This document shows positions 37,249 through 47,401 of a stretch of DNA of 64,000 nucleotides, piece after piece. The notes beneath the pieces are model-generated. The model was given only the letters and a program-made list of their open reading frames with translations. It was not told the DNA's origin and ran no database searches. This stretch comes from an uncultured Gemmatimonadaceae bacterium (GTDB taxonomy: Bacteria; Gemmatimonadota; Gemmatimonadetes; Longimicrobiales; Gaopeijiaceae): assembly GCA_964572045.1 (NCBI GenBank), contig CAZNEI010000009.1, positions 49-64,048 on the forward strand, written 5' to 3'. Every line of letters starts with the position of its first letter. Position 1 is the stretch's first letter. The position numbers were made by a program, and so were the translations under genes.

Positions 37249-40200
37249 CCTCTTCTTCGACGATCCGGTTCAACCGGTCCCTCTGGACCTCGAGGCGTTC
37301 CGAGAGGTCCTCGAATAGCGCGTACATCTGGTCCGTGGGTCTGGCCGGCGAATTGGCCAGGGCGCTCGAGAGGGTGCTCAGCTTCTCGGTCAAGCCCGGG
37401 GGGCCCCACATCATGGGGTGGGCCTCCGACCCCATCCATATCGTGAGAATGCCCTCGATATCCCTCAACTGCTCAAGGACTGCGTCGGCCGCGGACCTGG
37501 AGTCCTCCGGCAGCTCGGCCCGACGCCCGTCGACCTGGGCTCGGACCTCCCTCAGTCCCATCGCGAAGTCGACGACGTCCGCATAACGATCCCGGACGTC
37601 AACCATGAGTTCGAACTGGGCCCTCAGGTCGGCGTCGCCGGCCCTTATTCTCGGATCCTTTCGAACCACGAACGGTTGCTCGTGATCCTCTCCGTCCACT
37701 GAGAGCCGAACGACGTAACGCCCAGGGGGCGCAACGGGTGGCGAGGGCGGTGAATGATCGACGCTCACGAAGCCCAGGGCTCCAGCGGGCGAGAGCCGCT
37801 CGGTACCCGGATACCGCAGGTTCCAGAGGAAACGGTTCATCCCTGGCTCGGCCGGAGGCCTGGGACCCTCCTGCGACCCGCTCGAGAACTGGTGGACGGT
37901 CTCTCCGCCCTCATCGGTGATGGTGAGCACCAAGTCACCTGCCGGCGCTTGTGCCAGGTAGTATTCGATCACCGCCCCTGGGGGAGGGTTGCTCGCTTGG
38001 TTCGGACCGGCCCGCCCCCTCCCTCCCCGAGATGTACGGAGAGCGGGAACCACCTCGAACAAGTGCACCGGGGCCCCGACGACCTCGGGAGTGATGCCAC
38101 GCAGGGACGAAATGTTGTCCAGGATCCAGAACCCTCGCCCATGGGTTGCCACAACCAGATCGTCGTCCTTCACGACCATGTGCATGACCATCACCGGCGG
38201 CAGGTTGCGCTGCAGGGACTGCCAGAGGTTCCCGGCATCGAAGGAGACGTACGCACCCGTTTCCGTGCCCGCGTACAGCAGACCCGGCCGCACCGGATCC
38301 TCCCGGATCACCCACGAGTAGTCATTCTCCCGAATCCCTGTTGTGATCCGCTGCCAGGTGCTGCCGTAGTCCGTCGTCTTGTAGAGATACGGCGTGCGGT
38401 CGCTCGCTCTGTGCCCTTCTCCCGAGACATAGGCGGTCCCCCGCCGGTGGGGAGAGACTTCAATGGCCGTGATCGTGGTCCATTCCGGCAGATCTGGAGG
38501 CGAGACGTCGAGCCAACTGCGGCCGCCATCCCGCGATACTTGGACGACGCTGTCGTCGGTGCCCACCCAGAGTTCGCCCTCTTGGAGGGGAGACTCGGCG
38601 ATCGCCCGGATGAGGCTCACATAGAAGAGCGAGGAGGCGTTGGAGCTGATCGGTCCTCCGGGCAGTTCGCCCATCACCTCCCGGCGGTTCCGGGTGAGGT
38701 CGGCGCTGATCCGGTCCCAGGACTTGCCTTCGTCGGTGGACCGGAAGACGTACTGGGCGGCGGTGTAGAGGACGCCAGGATCGTGCGGCGAGACGAGCAC
38801 CGGGAACGAGTAATAGAAGCGATACCTCACGTCCTCGAGGGCCGTCCCGAACTCCACCTCCGGCCATACGCTGATGTGCGGAGCCGTTCCGGCTTCCCGG
38901 TCGAAACGAACCATCCTGGTCCTGTCATTCGCATACACGACGCTCCCGTCGGGCTTCACGGCCGTCTGCCCGCCCTCTCCGGCCGGAATGGGTAGGTAGT
39001 GCGTCCATCCGATGAACCCGTCGTCGGTTCGACTCGGAATCGCGATGTGCCGGTTGTCGTTCTGCGCGCCGTAGAGCCAATAGGGCTCCCGGTCGTCCAC
39101 CGCCAGACTGAGCAGGTCCGCGGTCGGTTGGTTCTCGAGGCTCGACCAGGACTCGGCTCCGTTCAGCGTCACCGTGGCTCCTCCATCCCCCCCGGCGATC
39201 ATTCGGCGCGGGTCGTTCGGAGCGATCCATAGCGCGTGGTGGTCCCAGTTCTGAGTGGGCACCTCTTCGAACGTGCGACCCGCGTCCGTGGACTTGAACA
39301 GGCCGCTGATGACCTGAAGGTAGACAACGTCGGGATCTTGGCTGTCGGCCGTGATGTGGTTGTAGGAATTCGGGATCTCCATCTTCCCGGGATCCTGGTG
39401 CGTCAACTGCCACGTGGACCCGCCGTCATCCGAACGATAGATCCCGCCCTCGCCCCCGTCGGCTTCGACGAACGCATACACCCGGTCGGAACTCACAGGC
39501 GAGATGTCGACGCCGATCTTGCCGATCATCCCGCTCGGCATGCCCGGGTTCCGAGTGATGTCGGTCCAGGTGTCCCCCCCGTCGGTGGTCCTGAAGAGGC
39601 CGGTCGTGGGGCCTCCGCTCTCCTCGTCCCACATCAACGTCACGTGGTGATTCAGGGATGCGAAGACCACGCTCGGGTTGGCGCGATCGATCGACAGATC
39701 CACTCCGCCGGTCGTCTCGCCCCGGTACAGAACCCGCTGCCAGGTCTCGCCCCCGTCCGTGGTTCGATAGATGCCGCGATCCGGGTTTGGGCCGAACATG
39801 TCGCCCATAGCGGCCACATAGACGATATCGGGGTTGGTTGGGTGGATTCGGAGCCTGGCGATGTGGTGGGTCTCTCTCAGGCCCACGTGGGTCCACGTGT
39901 CGCCCCCGTCGGTGGACTTGTAGACCCCGTCCCCTGGCGAGATGAACTGCCGCTGAAGCCCCTCGCCGGTGCCTGCGAAGATCACGTCGGGATCCGAGAG
40001 CGATACGTCCAAGGCACCGACCGCAGGGAACGCGAGGAAGCCGTCGGAGACGTTCCGCCAATGTCCCCCGGCGTCCGTCGTCTTCCACACTCCGCCGTGG
40101 GCGGCGCCGAAGTAATAGACCAGGGGATCGTCAGGCACTCCGGCCACCGCAATCACCCGTCCTCCGCGATACGGCCCGACGAACCGCCACTCGAGGGCTG

Positions 40201-40360
40201 AAAGAAAGCTCGCATCCACGCTGGGATACTCGGCGAGATCGCCCTCCCCCACCCCCGCGTCACTCAAGTCCCCGCGGCATGCGGACAAGAGGACGAGAGA
40301 AACAACGGCGGCGAAGGACGTCCTCGAGCCGACTCCGATGGCAAAGCGAACGGTGTTCAT
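37226..40360 (-). CDS. BNR/Asp-box repeat protein, sortilin/VPS10-like (lipoprotein)
   Basis: ATG at 40358-40360 (MNTVRFAIG ... LLSAC lipobox). At least 8 Asp-box motifs S/T-x-D-x-G-x-T/S-W (TDAGGHW, STDGGDTW, TTDGGETW, TTDGGDTW, SDDGGSTW, SRDGGRSW, TTDYGSTW). Confidence 0.85.
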   Translation of the reverse strand: MNTVRFAIGVGSRTSFAAVVSLVLLSACRGDLSDAGVGEGDLAEYPSVDASFLSALEWRFVGPYRGGRVIAVAGVPDDPLVYYFGAAHGGVWKTTDAGGHWRNVSDGFLAFPAVGALDVSLSDPDVIFAGTGEGLQRQFISPGDGVYKSTDGGDTWTHVGLRETHHIARLRIHPTNPDIVYVAAMGDMFGPNPDRGIYRTTDGGETWQRVLYRGETTGGVDLSIDRANPSVVFASLNHHVTLMWDEESGGPTTGLFRTTDGGDTWTDITRNPGMPSGMIGKIGVDISPVSSDRVYAFVEADGGEGGIYRSDDGGSTWQLTHQDPGKMEIPNSYNHITADSQDPDVVYLQVISGLFKSTDAGRTFEEVPTQNWDHHALWIAPNDPRRMIAGGDGGATVTLNGAESWSSLENQPTADLLSLAVDDREPYWLYGAQNDNRHIAIPSRTDDGFIGWTHYLPIPAGEGGQTAVKPDGSVVYANDRTRMVRFDREAGTAPHISVWPEVEFGTALEDVRYRFYYSFPVLVSPHDPGVLYTAAQYVFRSTDEGKSWDRISADLTRNRREVMGELPGGPISSNASSLFYVSLIRAIAESPLQEGELWVGTDDSVVQVSRDGGRSWLDVSPPDLPEWTTITAIEVSPHRRGTAYVSGEGHRASDRTPYLYKTTDYGSTWQRITTGIRENDYSWVIREDPVRPGLLYAGTETGAYVSFDAGNLWQSLQRNLPPVMVMHMVVKDDDLVVATHGRGFWILDNISSLRGITPEVVGAPVHLFEVVPALRTSRGGRGRAGPNQASNPPPGAVIEYYLAQAPAGDLVLTITDEGGETVHQFSSGSQEGPRPPAEPGMNRFLWNLRYPGTERLSPAGALGFVSVDHSPPSPPVAPPGRYVVRLSVDGEDHEQPFVVRKDPRIRAGDADLRAQFELMVDVRDRYADVVDFAMGLREVRAQVDGRRAELPEDSRSAADAVLEQLRDIEGILTIWMGSEAHPMMWGPPGLTEKLSTLSSALANSPARPTDQMYALFEDLSERLEVQRDRLNRIVEEEVGPLLAR

Positions 40361-40909
40361 GGCGATCTCCATCGACGGATCGTGTAGGCACGGCCCTTCG
40401 GGCCTCGCCAAGCGGATTCGGATCCCGTGCTCAGCGGCGAAATCAAGCAGACTTCACGAAGCGATCCGCGCGGTGACTCGACCGTCTTCGGACCGCTGCG
40501 ACCACGGTCCGAGACCCGTCGGCGTCCTCCCCTATGCTCCCCCGCTTCCCGTGCCTCAGGTGATCTGACCGAGCGAGCCCCGGCCCGCCCCTCAAGCTGC
40601 TCGGACAGCTCGCCGCAGACGTTGCCGATCCCGTACATCCGATCTCTTCGGTCCCGCGTCGTGCGACACACGTCTCCGGCCACTGAAGGAGCGGGCCGCG
40701 GTGTCGTCGCCTACAAGCCAGGTCCGGAGTGCACACGGCTCGACGCATTGCGTCGCGCGCGCGTCCGGCCCCAATCGGTAGCTATCCCGTAACGCTCCTG
40801 CAAGTGCGGGGCAGAGGCCATCGGCACCGCCGAGTCCATTCGTGGCTCGATTTGCCGCGTGCGCCCCTCGAGTCGCCATCGGCGTGCCATAGGGCGCCCG
40901 CGCACGAAC

Positions 40910-41668
40910 TCAGTGCCCGGCAGTCGTGCCACCATCGATGGCCAATGCCGTACCGGTCACGAAACGTGCCTCGTAGGAAGCCAGATAGAGGACCGCGTGG
41001 CTGATCTCGGTTGGCGTTGCGATGCGCTTCAGCGGTGCGTAGTCGATCATCCTCTGCTCCGCGGCGGCGGGGTCGTCTTTCTTCTCGATATGGTCGCGGC
41101 GGATCATGTCCGTATCGACATAGCCGGGGCATACACAGTTGACCCGCACGTCGGGTGCCACTTCCAGCGCCATGGCACGAGCCATGTTGACGACCCCGCC
41201 CTTTGACGCGCAGTAGACGGTAATCCCCGGCACTCCGATCAAACCGGCATCCGAAGCGATGTTGACGATGTTGCCCCCGGACGCTCGCAACGCGGGCAAC
41301 GCCGCACGGCAACAGAAGAACGTGCCCTTGAGATTGACGTCGACGTGAGCATCCCACATCGCCTCGTCCGAGTCTTCGATCGGCCTGCCGGAACCGACAC
41401 CCGCATTGTTCACCAGGACGTCCAGGCCGTCGAATGCGTCGATCGCAGTCTCCACGGCGGACTCGCAGCCCGGAACGGTGCCGATATCTGCGGGTGCCGC
41501 GACGAGCTGCTCGGGGCATCCCAATCTCTCGATTGCAGCGCTCACCGATTGCTCTGTCCTTCCATTGATGGCAACACGTGCGCCCGCGCCGACGAAGGCC
41601 TCTGCAATGGCGTAGCCGATCCCTCGACTGCCGCCTGTGACTAGGACCCGCTTGTCCGTGAAGTCCAT
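40910..41668 (-). CDS. SDR-family oxidoreductase
   Basis: ATG at 41666-41668 preceded by GGAGGGG. TGGSRGIG, NNAG and YCASK motifs. The in-frame extension to 42103 looks non-coding. Confidence 0.9.
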   Translation of the reverse strand: MDFTDKRVLVTGGSRGIGYAIAEAFVGAGARVAINGRTEQSVSAAIERLGCPEQLVAAPADIGTVPGCESAVETAIDAFDGLDVLVNNAGVGSGRPIEDSDEAMWDAHVDVNLKGTFFCCRAALPALRASGGNIVNIASDAGLIGVPGITVYCASKGGVVNMARAMALEVAPDVRVNCVCPGYVDTDMIRRDHIEKKDDPAAAEQRMIDYAPLKRIATPTEISHAVLYLASYEARFVTGTALAIDGGTTAGH

Positions 41669-41756
41669 GGCGTCCCCTCCGCTTCTATCGAATGTCCGCT
41701 TTCCCATGGGGATCCAACCCGCAGGTGTGACCTCATGGCGTTTTGTCCCGCAACCG

Positions 41757-41776
41757 ATCCGGCCATGTGGCCGGAT
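41757..41776. promoter_or_regulatory. Near-perfect 20-bp palindrome ATCCGGCCAT/GTGGCCGGAT between permease and SDR genes
   Basis: 9 of 10 positions are symmetric. As RNA it would form an 8-bp GC-rich stem with a 4-nt loop. It lies 89-108 nt upstream of the SDR start. No U-tract on either strand. Confidence 0.25.
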
Positions 41777-42059
41777 TACGAACCAGTCTTCGTGCTCTTG
41801 GATGGCCAAAAAACCTTGGAGGCCGCCTCTCCTCGAGGATCCGTTCGCTCTTGGAGTAGGGTAGGTCTTCACAAGGCTCGCCCTCGCCTCCGGCGATGCC
41901 GCCCGAATCGACATTGACGAGTCCCCGGGTGCGATCCCCCTTTGGCTCGTCCGGGAGCCGGGAGCCGTCGTTGCGGTCGAATCGGGAGGCTCGCATCGTA
42001 TTTTTCGATGGGCGGCGATTCGGACAGCAGTCGGAACGGGCGTGCTCAGGTGTGCCCGC

Positions 42060-43520
42060 TCAAGAGGCGCCCAGACGCCTACGTCGCAGCTTTCCGTTGG
42101 CATACAAGCCCACCCCGACCAACGTCAGCAGTGTCATCGTCCCGAAGACGGTGATGTAGAAGATCGTCGGGTCTTCGGCGCTCTGATCTGGTATGAGGGC
42201 GAAGATCAGAGACGCAGCGGTGACCGTGAAGCCGGCAATGCCGGCGAAATAGGCGCCATAGGGCGCGAACGGGGCCCTCCAGGTCCCTTCCGGTGCCCGG
42301 TGCCGCTGCATCACGAGCAGCGCCGCGAACATGTACAGGTACGGGATGAAGAAGGTGATGATCTCAAGGCTGACGAAGATGCGATAGATCTGATGTGCGG
42401 TGCCCCCCATGCTTCCGAGGATGATCAACCCTGTCGTCGCGAGCCCGAGAGTGATCAGTGAGATGTAGGGAGTCGCGTACTTCGAGTGCAGAGTCCCGAA
42501 GGCGGCCGGGATGTAGCGGTCGAGCCCGGCGACGAACGGTACGCGGGCGCCGATCGCCATCCAAGCGCTGACCGTCCCAAACGCCGCGACGCAGAGGCAG
42601 AGCGCGACCACCGAGCCCAATACCCCTCCCATCGTGGCACCTACCAGCTTTGTTCCGGCCACCCGCGCCGTATCGGGCAGCCCGGTGAGACCCGTGATCT
42701 CGTCCGCCGGGAGGACTACGAGCATCGTCCAGGAGATCAGGATGAAGACGCAGAGCACGATCACGCCCGCGATCGCGAGCGCTCGGGGGACGTTGCGCCT
42801 GGGATCTTGCACCTCTTCGCTCATCACCGATCCCGCCTCAAGGCCAGCGTACGCGTACGCGATCGCCGCGAGCAGGATGACATCGGGAAGTCCGCCGAAC
42901 GCAGGGGTCACGGTGCTCGCCGAAAACTCGCTTGCCGAACCGTAGTTGACCCACGTGAGGAGACCCAACCCCACGACCATCAATCCGGGCACCACGACGT
43001 TCAGGTAGCCGCTGGCATTGAAGAGATACTTGGCGATATCGAGACCGAGAACGTTGACCACGACGATGAGGGTGACCCCGACCAGCGAGAACGTCATCAG
43101 ATACGCTGGATTGTCGGCGAGATGCGACCACTGCGGGATGACAAGCGCCCCGTTGCTGGCCGAGAAGATGAGCGCGGCGGGGAAGTAGACGAGGAGGGTG
43201 GCCCAATAGAACCACGCGGTGATGAAACCATGGAAGTCACCGAAGGCACGCTGCACCCAGATGTAGATGCCGCCCTCTTCGGGGTGTCGGGCCGTGAGCT
43301 CGGCCGACGTGAACGCCTGCGGCACGTAAAAGAGGAGGAACCCCAGCACCCAGAGGACCAGTACGCTCTGACCGTTCTCGGTCGATAGGGCCACCATGCG
43401 CATGGAGACCGTGCTGGCGATATAGAAAAGGACCAGGTCGCGAGGCCCGATGACCTTCTTGAGCTTGCTCTTCTCGGCACGCGCCTGTTCGGCGATTTGA
43501 TCGGCCACCCTACTGTCCAT
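42060..43520 (-). CDS. APC-superfamily amino acid/polyamine permease
   Basis: ATG at 43518-43520 (MDSRVADQIAEQ). About 12 hydrophobic segments and APC-typical FTSAELTARHPEEGGIYIWV. Confidence 0.9.
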   Translation of the reverse strand: MDSRVADQIAEQARAEKSKLKKVIGPRDLVLFYIASTVSMRMVALSTENGQSVLVLWVLGFLLFYVPQAFTSAELTARHPEEGGIYIWVQRAFGDFHGFITAWFYWATLLVYFPAALIFSASNGALVIPQWSHLADNPAYLMTFSLVGVTLIVVVNVLGLDIAKYLFNASGYLNVVVPGLMVVGLGLLTWVNYGSASEFSASTVTPAFGGLPDVILLAAIAYAYAGLEAGSVMSEEVQDPRRNVPRALAIAGVIVLCVFILISWTMLVVLPADEITGLTGLPDTARVAGTKLVGATMGGVLGSVVALCLCVAAFGTVSAWMAIGARVPFVAGLDRYIPAAFGTLHSKYATPYISLITLGLATTGLIILGSMGGTAHQIYRIFVSLEIITFFIPYLYMFAALLVMQRHRAPEGTWRAPFAPYGAYFAGIAGFTVTAASLIFALIPDQSAEDPTIFYITVFGTMTLLTLVGVGLYANGKLRRRRLGAS

Positions 43521-43572
43521 GCAGCCCACCCTGGGTATGGGCAAAACAAGAGGCCCTCGTGGGCGGGGGCCA

Positions 43573-43598
43573 TCGCGACACTTCTCCGGAGGTCGCGA
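43573..43598. promoter_or_regulatory. Inverted repeat TCGCGAC-N12-GTCGCGA upstream of the permease gene (candidate operator or hairpin)
   Basis: Perfect 7-bp arms. The spacer itself contains the palindrome CTCCGGAG. Lies 53-78 nt upstream of the ATG at 43520. Confidence 0.2.
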
Positions 43599-43803
43599 CA
43601 ATGTGCGCGGGAGGACTGGCCCGGTCAACAATGAGGCGTCCGACGTCCAAGGCTCGGGGCTCCGCACGAACGCTTGGCACTCCAGCGGGACAACCGCATG
43701 CAGTGGACCGCTGTGTTCCCAGACTCTCGGGCGGGGCGGAACTTCCTCTGCCTGCGAATAGGAGAGGGTTCCGGGTCGCGACGAAGGGCGCCTCCGCCCG
43801 CAC

Positions 43804-45054
43804 TCAGGCGAACAAGCCGAGCGGCGCGAAGGTGCCCTTGAGGATCGACGCCGTGTCCTCGTGGCCCAGCCACTCGTCGATCATTGTGGCGTACACACGG
43901 CGGAAATCCATAGTCATCTTCAGGTTCCCGTCGTCCAGATCCGTGAGGCTCGGATGGGAACCGTGCATTCCACCTTCCACGCCGGTGCCGAAGACGAACA
44001 TCGGGGTCGCCGTGCCGTGGTCGGTCCCGAGGCTGGCGTTTTCCTCGACTCGGCGGCCGAACTCGGTGAACATCATGACGGCGACGTCGTCGGCCCGGCC
44101 GATCCGCTTCAGGTCTTCGATGAATCCCCGCACGGCATCGGCGGTATAGGCCAGCAGCCGTGCGTGGGGATCGGCTTGATGGACATGGGTGTCGAAGGCG
44201 TTCCCGGCATAGCTAACGTAGTACAGCCGGGTGGGAAGCTCCGCCGCGATCAGGGAGGCGACACGGCGAAGTGGCCCCGACAGGCCGCCGATCCCGTAGT
44301 CGATCGGGGTCCGGTACGAGGAGGCTGCGCGGCGAACGACCTCGCCTGCGGCAACCGCATTCTCCGCTGTCGCCGAGAGGAAGTCCAACGTCTTGTTGTC
44401 GGTCGCCTTGGCGCGGTCGAGGCGCTCCAGCGCGGCGTGCTCGCCCTCGCTGCCGTCTCGCTCGAGCGCGTCTGGGTCGCGGAACACGAGCGGGGAGTGA
44501 TGGCGGCCTCGCACCGCGAGAGACTGCCGGTCCCCCACGTTGACGATAATGTTGCCCTGGGCATCGTGGTCGTACGCGCCATCGGCCAAGCGCCCGACCC
44601 ACCCCAGCGGCTCGCCCCCGTTGGGCACCCCGGTGTGCCAGAATCCCATCGACGAGAAGTGGGACAGACTCGGATTCTCGTACCCACAGCCGTGAACGAC
44701 CGCCATGAGGCCGTCCTTGTAGAGCCGCTCGAACCCTACGAGCGCCGGGTGGAAGCCGAGACCGTCTTCGACCTTGATGACATCCCGCTCCGCAATGCCC
44801 AGGTTGGGCCGGACGCGATAGTAGGTTTCGTCGCCGAACGGCACGACCGTGTTGAGTCCGTCGTTGCCGCCGGACAACTCGACCACTACGAGGATTCGTT
44901 CCGGCCGGGCCTCCATGCTCGTGCCCTGCAGAGCCTGCGCGGTGAGTGCCGCCGACGTCCGGTTCAGAATCACCGGCATGCCGGCCCCGAGGCCGAGACC
45001 GTACAAGCCGCGACGGAGGAAGTCACGCCGCGAGCAGCTGCATTTGACGAGCAT
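43804..45054 (-). CDS. DUF1501 domain protein (sulfatase-like fold, Tat signal)
   Basis: Twin-arginine motif SRRDFLRRG at the N-terminus. 416 aa. Sits immediately downstream of a DUF1800 gene, the usual pairing. Confidence 0.85.
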   Translation of the reverse strand: MLVKCSCSRRDFLRRGLYGLGLGAGMPVILNRTSAALTAQALQGTSMEARPERILVVVELSGGNDGLNTVVPFGDETYYRVRPNLGIAERDVIKVEDGLGFHPALVGFERLYKDGLMAVVHGCGYENPSLSHFSSMGFWHTGVPNGGEPLGWVGRLADGAYDHDAQGNIIVNVGDRQSLAVRGRHHSPLVFRDPDALERDGSEGEHAALERLDRAKATDNKTLDFLSATAENAVAAGEVVRRAASSYRTPIDYGIGGLSGPLRRVASLIAAELPTRLYYVSYAGNAFDTHVHQADPHARLLAYTADAVRGFIEDLKRIGRADDVAVMMFTEFGRRVEENASLGTDHGTATPMFVFGTGVEGGMHGSHPSLTDLDDGNLKMTMDFRRVYATMIDEWLGHEDTASILKGTFAPLGLFA

Positions 45055-45100
45055 GGGCTTGCTCCAGTCTTTCCAGAGGTTTCAGGGTGTCCAGACCGTG

Positions 45101-46960
45101 CTACGCCAACTGATACTCCGCCGTGCTTAGCACGAGATACAGCAAGGAACGCAGAGCAGACTCGGTCTGCGCGTCAGAGCTCTCAATCCGGTCTCCGTCG
45201 AGTGCGCTCCGCAAGAAATCGACGAGGGCGTCACGGTCGCTCGCCTCCAGCTCAACGCGAAGAAACCGCGCGACGAAGTAGTCGACGACGTCACCGGCAT
45301 CACGGATGTCGGCATCGTCGAGCATGGCGACGAGGTCGAGATCAAGTGTATGTCTGGGCACCGGCCTGAGTCGGTCAAACGCCATGACGTAGCCCATGTA
45401 ACCGCCGTACCGGGTATTGAAGTCCTCGTCACGGTCGGCCAGCATGCTCGACTCCGCGTCACCCTCCTGAGTGGCGGCCGTGATGCTCATCCCCGCGTCG
45501 ATCCGGCGCCCGACGCGCGCGTAGACTCCGGGGAGAACCCTGTCGGGCGCGACGAACGAATCGGCGTCCGGGAACAGGACGGTACGGAACAGGTTCCCGC
45601 GCTCGAGCAGAGACCCGGGCGTGATCCAGCTCCGTCCGCCGGCCCAACCCGCCACGTTCGGGGGGTTGAAGAGCGCCTGGCCTAGACGAGACGTCATCCG
45701 GTTGAAGTCCGGAATCGTCGGCATGCGGTCCAGTCCGAGCTTGCGATAGGTCGAGACGACCAGCTGCACGGGGCTCTTGATCTGCGTCGCGTAGGACGCG
45801 GGACTGTAGAAATCTCGGGAGAGGAAGATGCGCGTCAGCAGCGGCTTCAGCTCGTAGCCTGCTTCGCGGAACGTCCCGCCGAGAGACATGCGTGTCCGAT
45901 CACTCAGCTCCTCGCGCACGAAGTACCGGTAGAGCTTGCCGGCGATGAATTGAGCCGTCGCATCCTGGGCGAGGATGATGTCGATGACGTCGGTCCCGTC
46001 GAGCCGTCCCCTGTGGCCCTGAAAGACCTTCACCCCGAAGTCGTGCTTGGCTTCGTCGAACCTGAAGTCGAGCACGTCATTGGTCCAGCCGGTGAACGCA
46101 CGCGAGGCCTCGCGGATATCCTGCTCTGTGTAGTTGCCCACCCCCATTGTGAACAACTCGAGCAACTCCCGGCCGAAGTTCTCGTTGGGGTGGTCCTTGA
46201 CGTTCTCCCCGTTGTCCAGATAGACGAGCATCGCCGGGTCCCGCAGGATCCCCAACAGCAGGTCCCGGAAGTTGCCGGCGGCGTTGGCGCGAAGCATCAG
46301 GTGCTGCCGCTCCATCATCCGGGTATCGCGGACCTTGTTGTTTCCTGTCGCGAAGTGACCGTGCCAGAACAGGGTCAGCTTCTCCTCCAGCGGCCGCCGG
46401 CTGCCCACCATCCGATCGCCCCACCACAGCGCGAGCCGTTGAGTCTCGTAAGCGTTCGCACGCAGACCGTAGAAGAACTGGTTGACGACCGGCTGGAGTC
46501 GGCGAGACTCGCCTTCGGGCAGAACCCGAACTCCCATCGCCTCGCCCGTCTCGCGGGCTATCCGCACCGCCTCGGCCCGACTCTTGGGGAAGGGGTCCAT
46601 CCCGGATTCCCAGATCGATGAGGCGTCGAAGGCGGGAAGCCGGTCCGGAATCGACGAGTAGTCCACGAGCCACGCGACCGCCTCGGCCGGACTCATGGCC
46701 GCCAGTCGATCGATCTCCTCGGGCGTTCCCCCGAAACCTGCCCTTTCCAGCAGATGCGCGGCCTTGCCGCGGTCCCAGTGGGCGGGGGTGATGGGCTGGA
46801 GGTCGTCCTCCCAGTGGGCCGGTCCGGCCTGCCCGGCCACCGGAACGCCGGAGCCGCCCAGGGCGAGGGTCACGGTGAAGAGCAGCCAGGTGAGCAGGGC
46901 CCGCACGCTTCCCGGGGCCGGGTTCCCGACCGGAGCGACTCGCTGGTTTTTCGCTGGCAT
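45101..46960 (-). CDS. DUF1800 domain protein
   Basis: ATG at 46958-46960 (MPAKNQRVAP, then a signal-like segment). HLLERAGFGGTPEEI and LFWHGHFATGN are typical of DUF1800. The in-frame extension to 47902 looks non-coding. Confidence 0.8.
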   Translation of the reverse strand: MPAKNQRVAPVGNPAPGSVRALLTWLLFTVTLALGGSGVPVAGQAGPAHWEDDLQPITPAHWDRGKAAHLLERAGFGGTPEEIDRLAAMSPAEAVAWLVDYSSIPDRLPAFDASSIWESGMDPFPKSRAEAVRIARETGEAMGVRVLPEGESRRLQPVVNQFFYGLRANAYETQRLALWWGDRMVGSRRPLEEKLTLFWHGHFATGNNKVRDTRMMERQHLMLRANAAGNFRDLLLGILRDPAMLVYLDNGENVKDHPNENFGRELLELFTMGVGNYTEQDIREASRAFTGWTNDVLDFRFDEAKHDFGVKVFQGHRGRLDGTDVIDIILAQDATAQFIAGKLYRYFVREELSDRTRMSLGGTFREAGYELKPLLTRIFLSRDFYSPASYATQIKSPVQLVVSTYRKLGLDRMPTIPDFNRMTSRLGQALFNPPNVAGWAGGRSWITPGSLLERGNLFRTVLFPDADSFVAPDRVLPGVYARVGRRIDAGMSITAATQEGDAESSMLADRDEDFNTRYGGYMGYVMAFDRLRPVPRHTLDLDLVAMLDDADIRDAGDVVDYFVARFLRVELEASDRDALVDFLRSALDGDRIESSDAQTESALRSLLYLVLSTAEYQLA

Positions 46961-47401
46961 CGCACGTTCTCCGATCCCAATCATTCGTACGACAGGGTCC
47001 GGGGTCAAGCCAGGCGACCGACGCGCGCCACGCGGGCAACTCGCCGCAAGCGATGTGGGCGGCGGTCCCAAGAACCCGGACACGCCGGATGGCGCGCGAG
47101 CCAGATGAAATGCCTCCCGTCCAGTCCGGGCCTCCAAGATACCCCGGACCCCACCACCCGAGACCGCAGAGTGGAGTGCGCCCGCGGATCTCTGGCCGAG
47201 ATGCCCCCGGCCGGTGTACCCTTCATGGGGCCGTGCCCCTGTTCCGGTTGCGGCCCGAAGCGTCCCATGTGGCACCGCACCTCCGACGCTCTCGGAGCGC
47301 TGCGGCACTCCGGCAGAGGTCGACGCGGAACAACGGGCCAGATCGCTATCTTGGACCTTTGGCATCGGCCTCTTGCCCTGCGACACCCCAGGAACGGTGA
47401 G

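Noticed and set aside
40718-40728. CCAGGTCCGGA, reminiscent of the SRP (4.5S) RNA domain IV
   Set aside because: The adjacent GGAAGCAGC element and the symmetric-loop partner strand are missing. No extended helix could be drawn.
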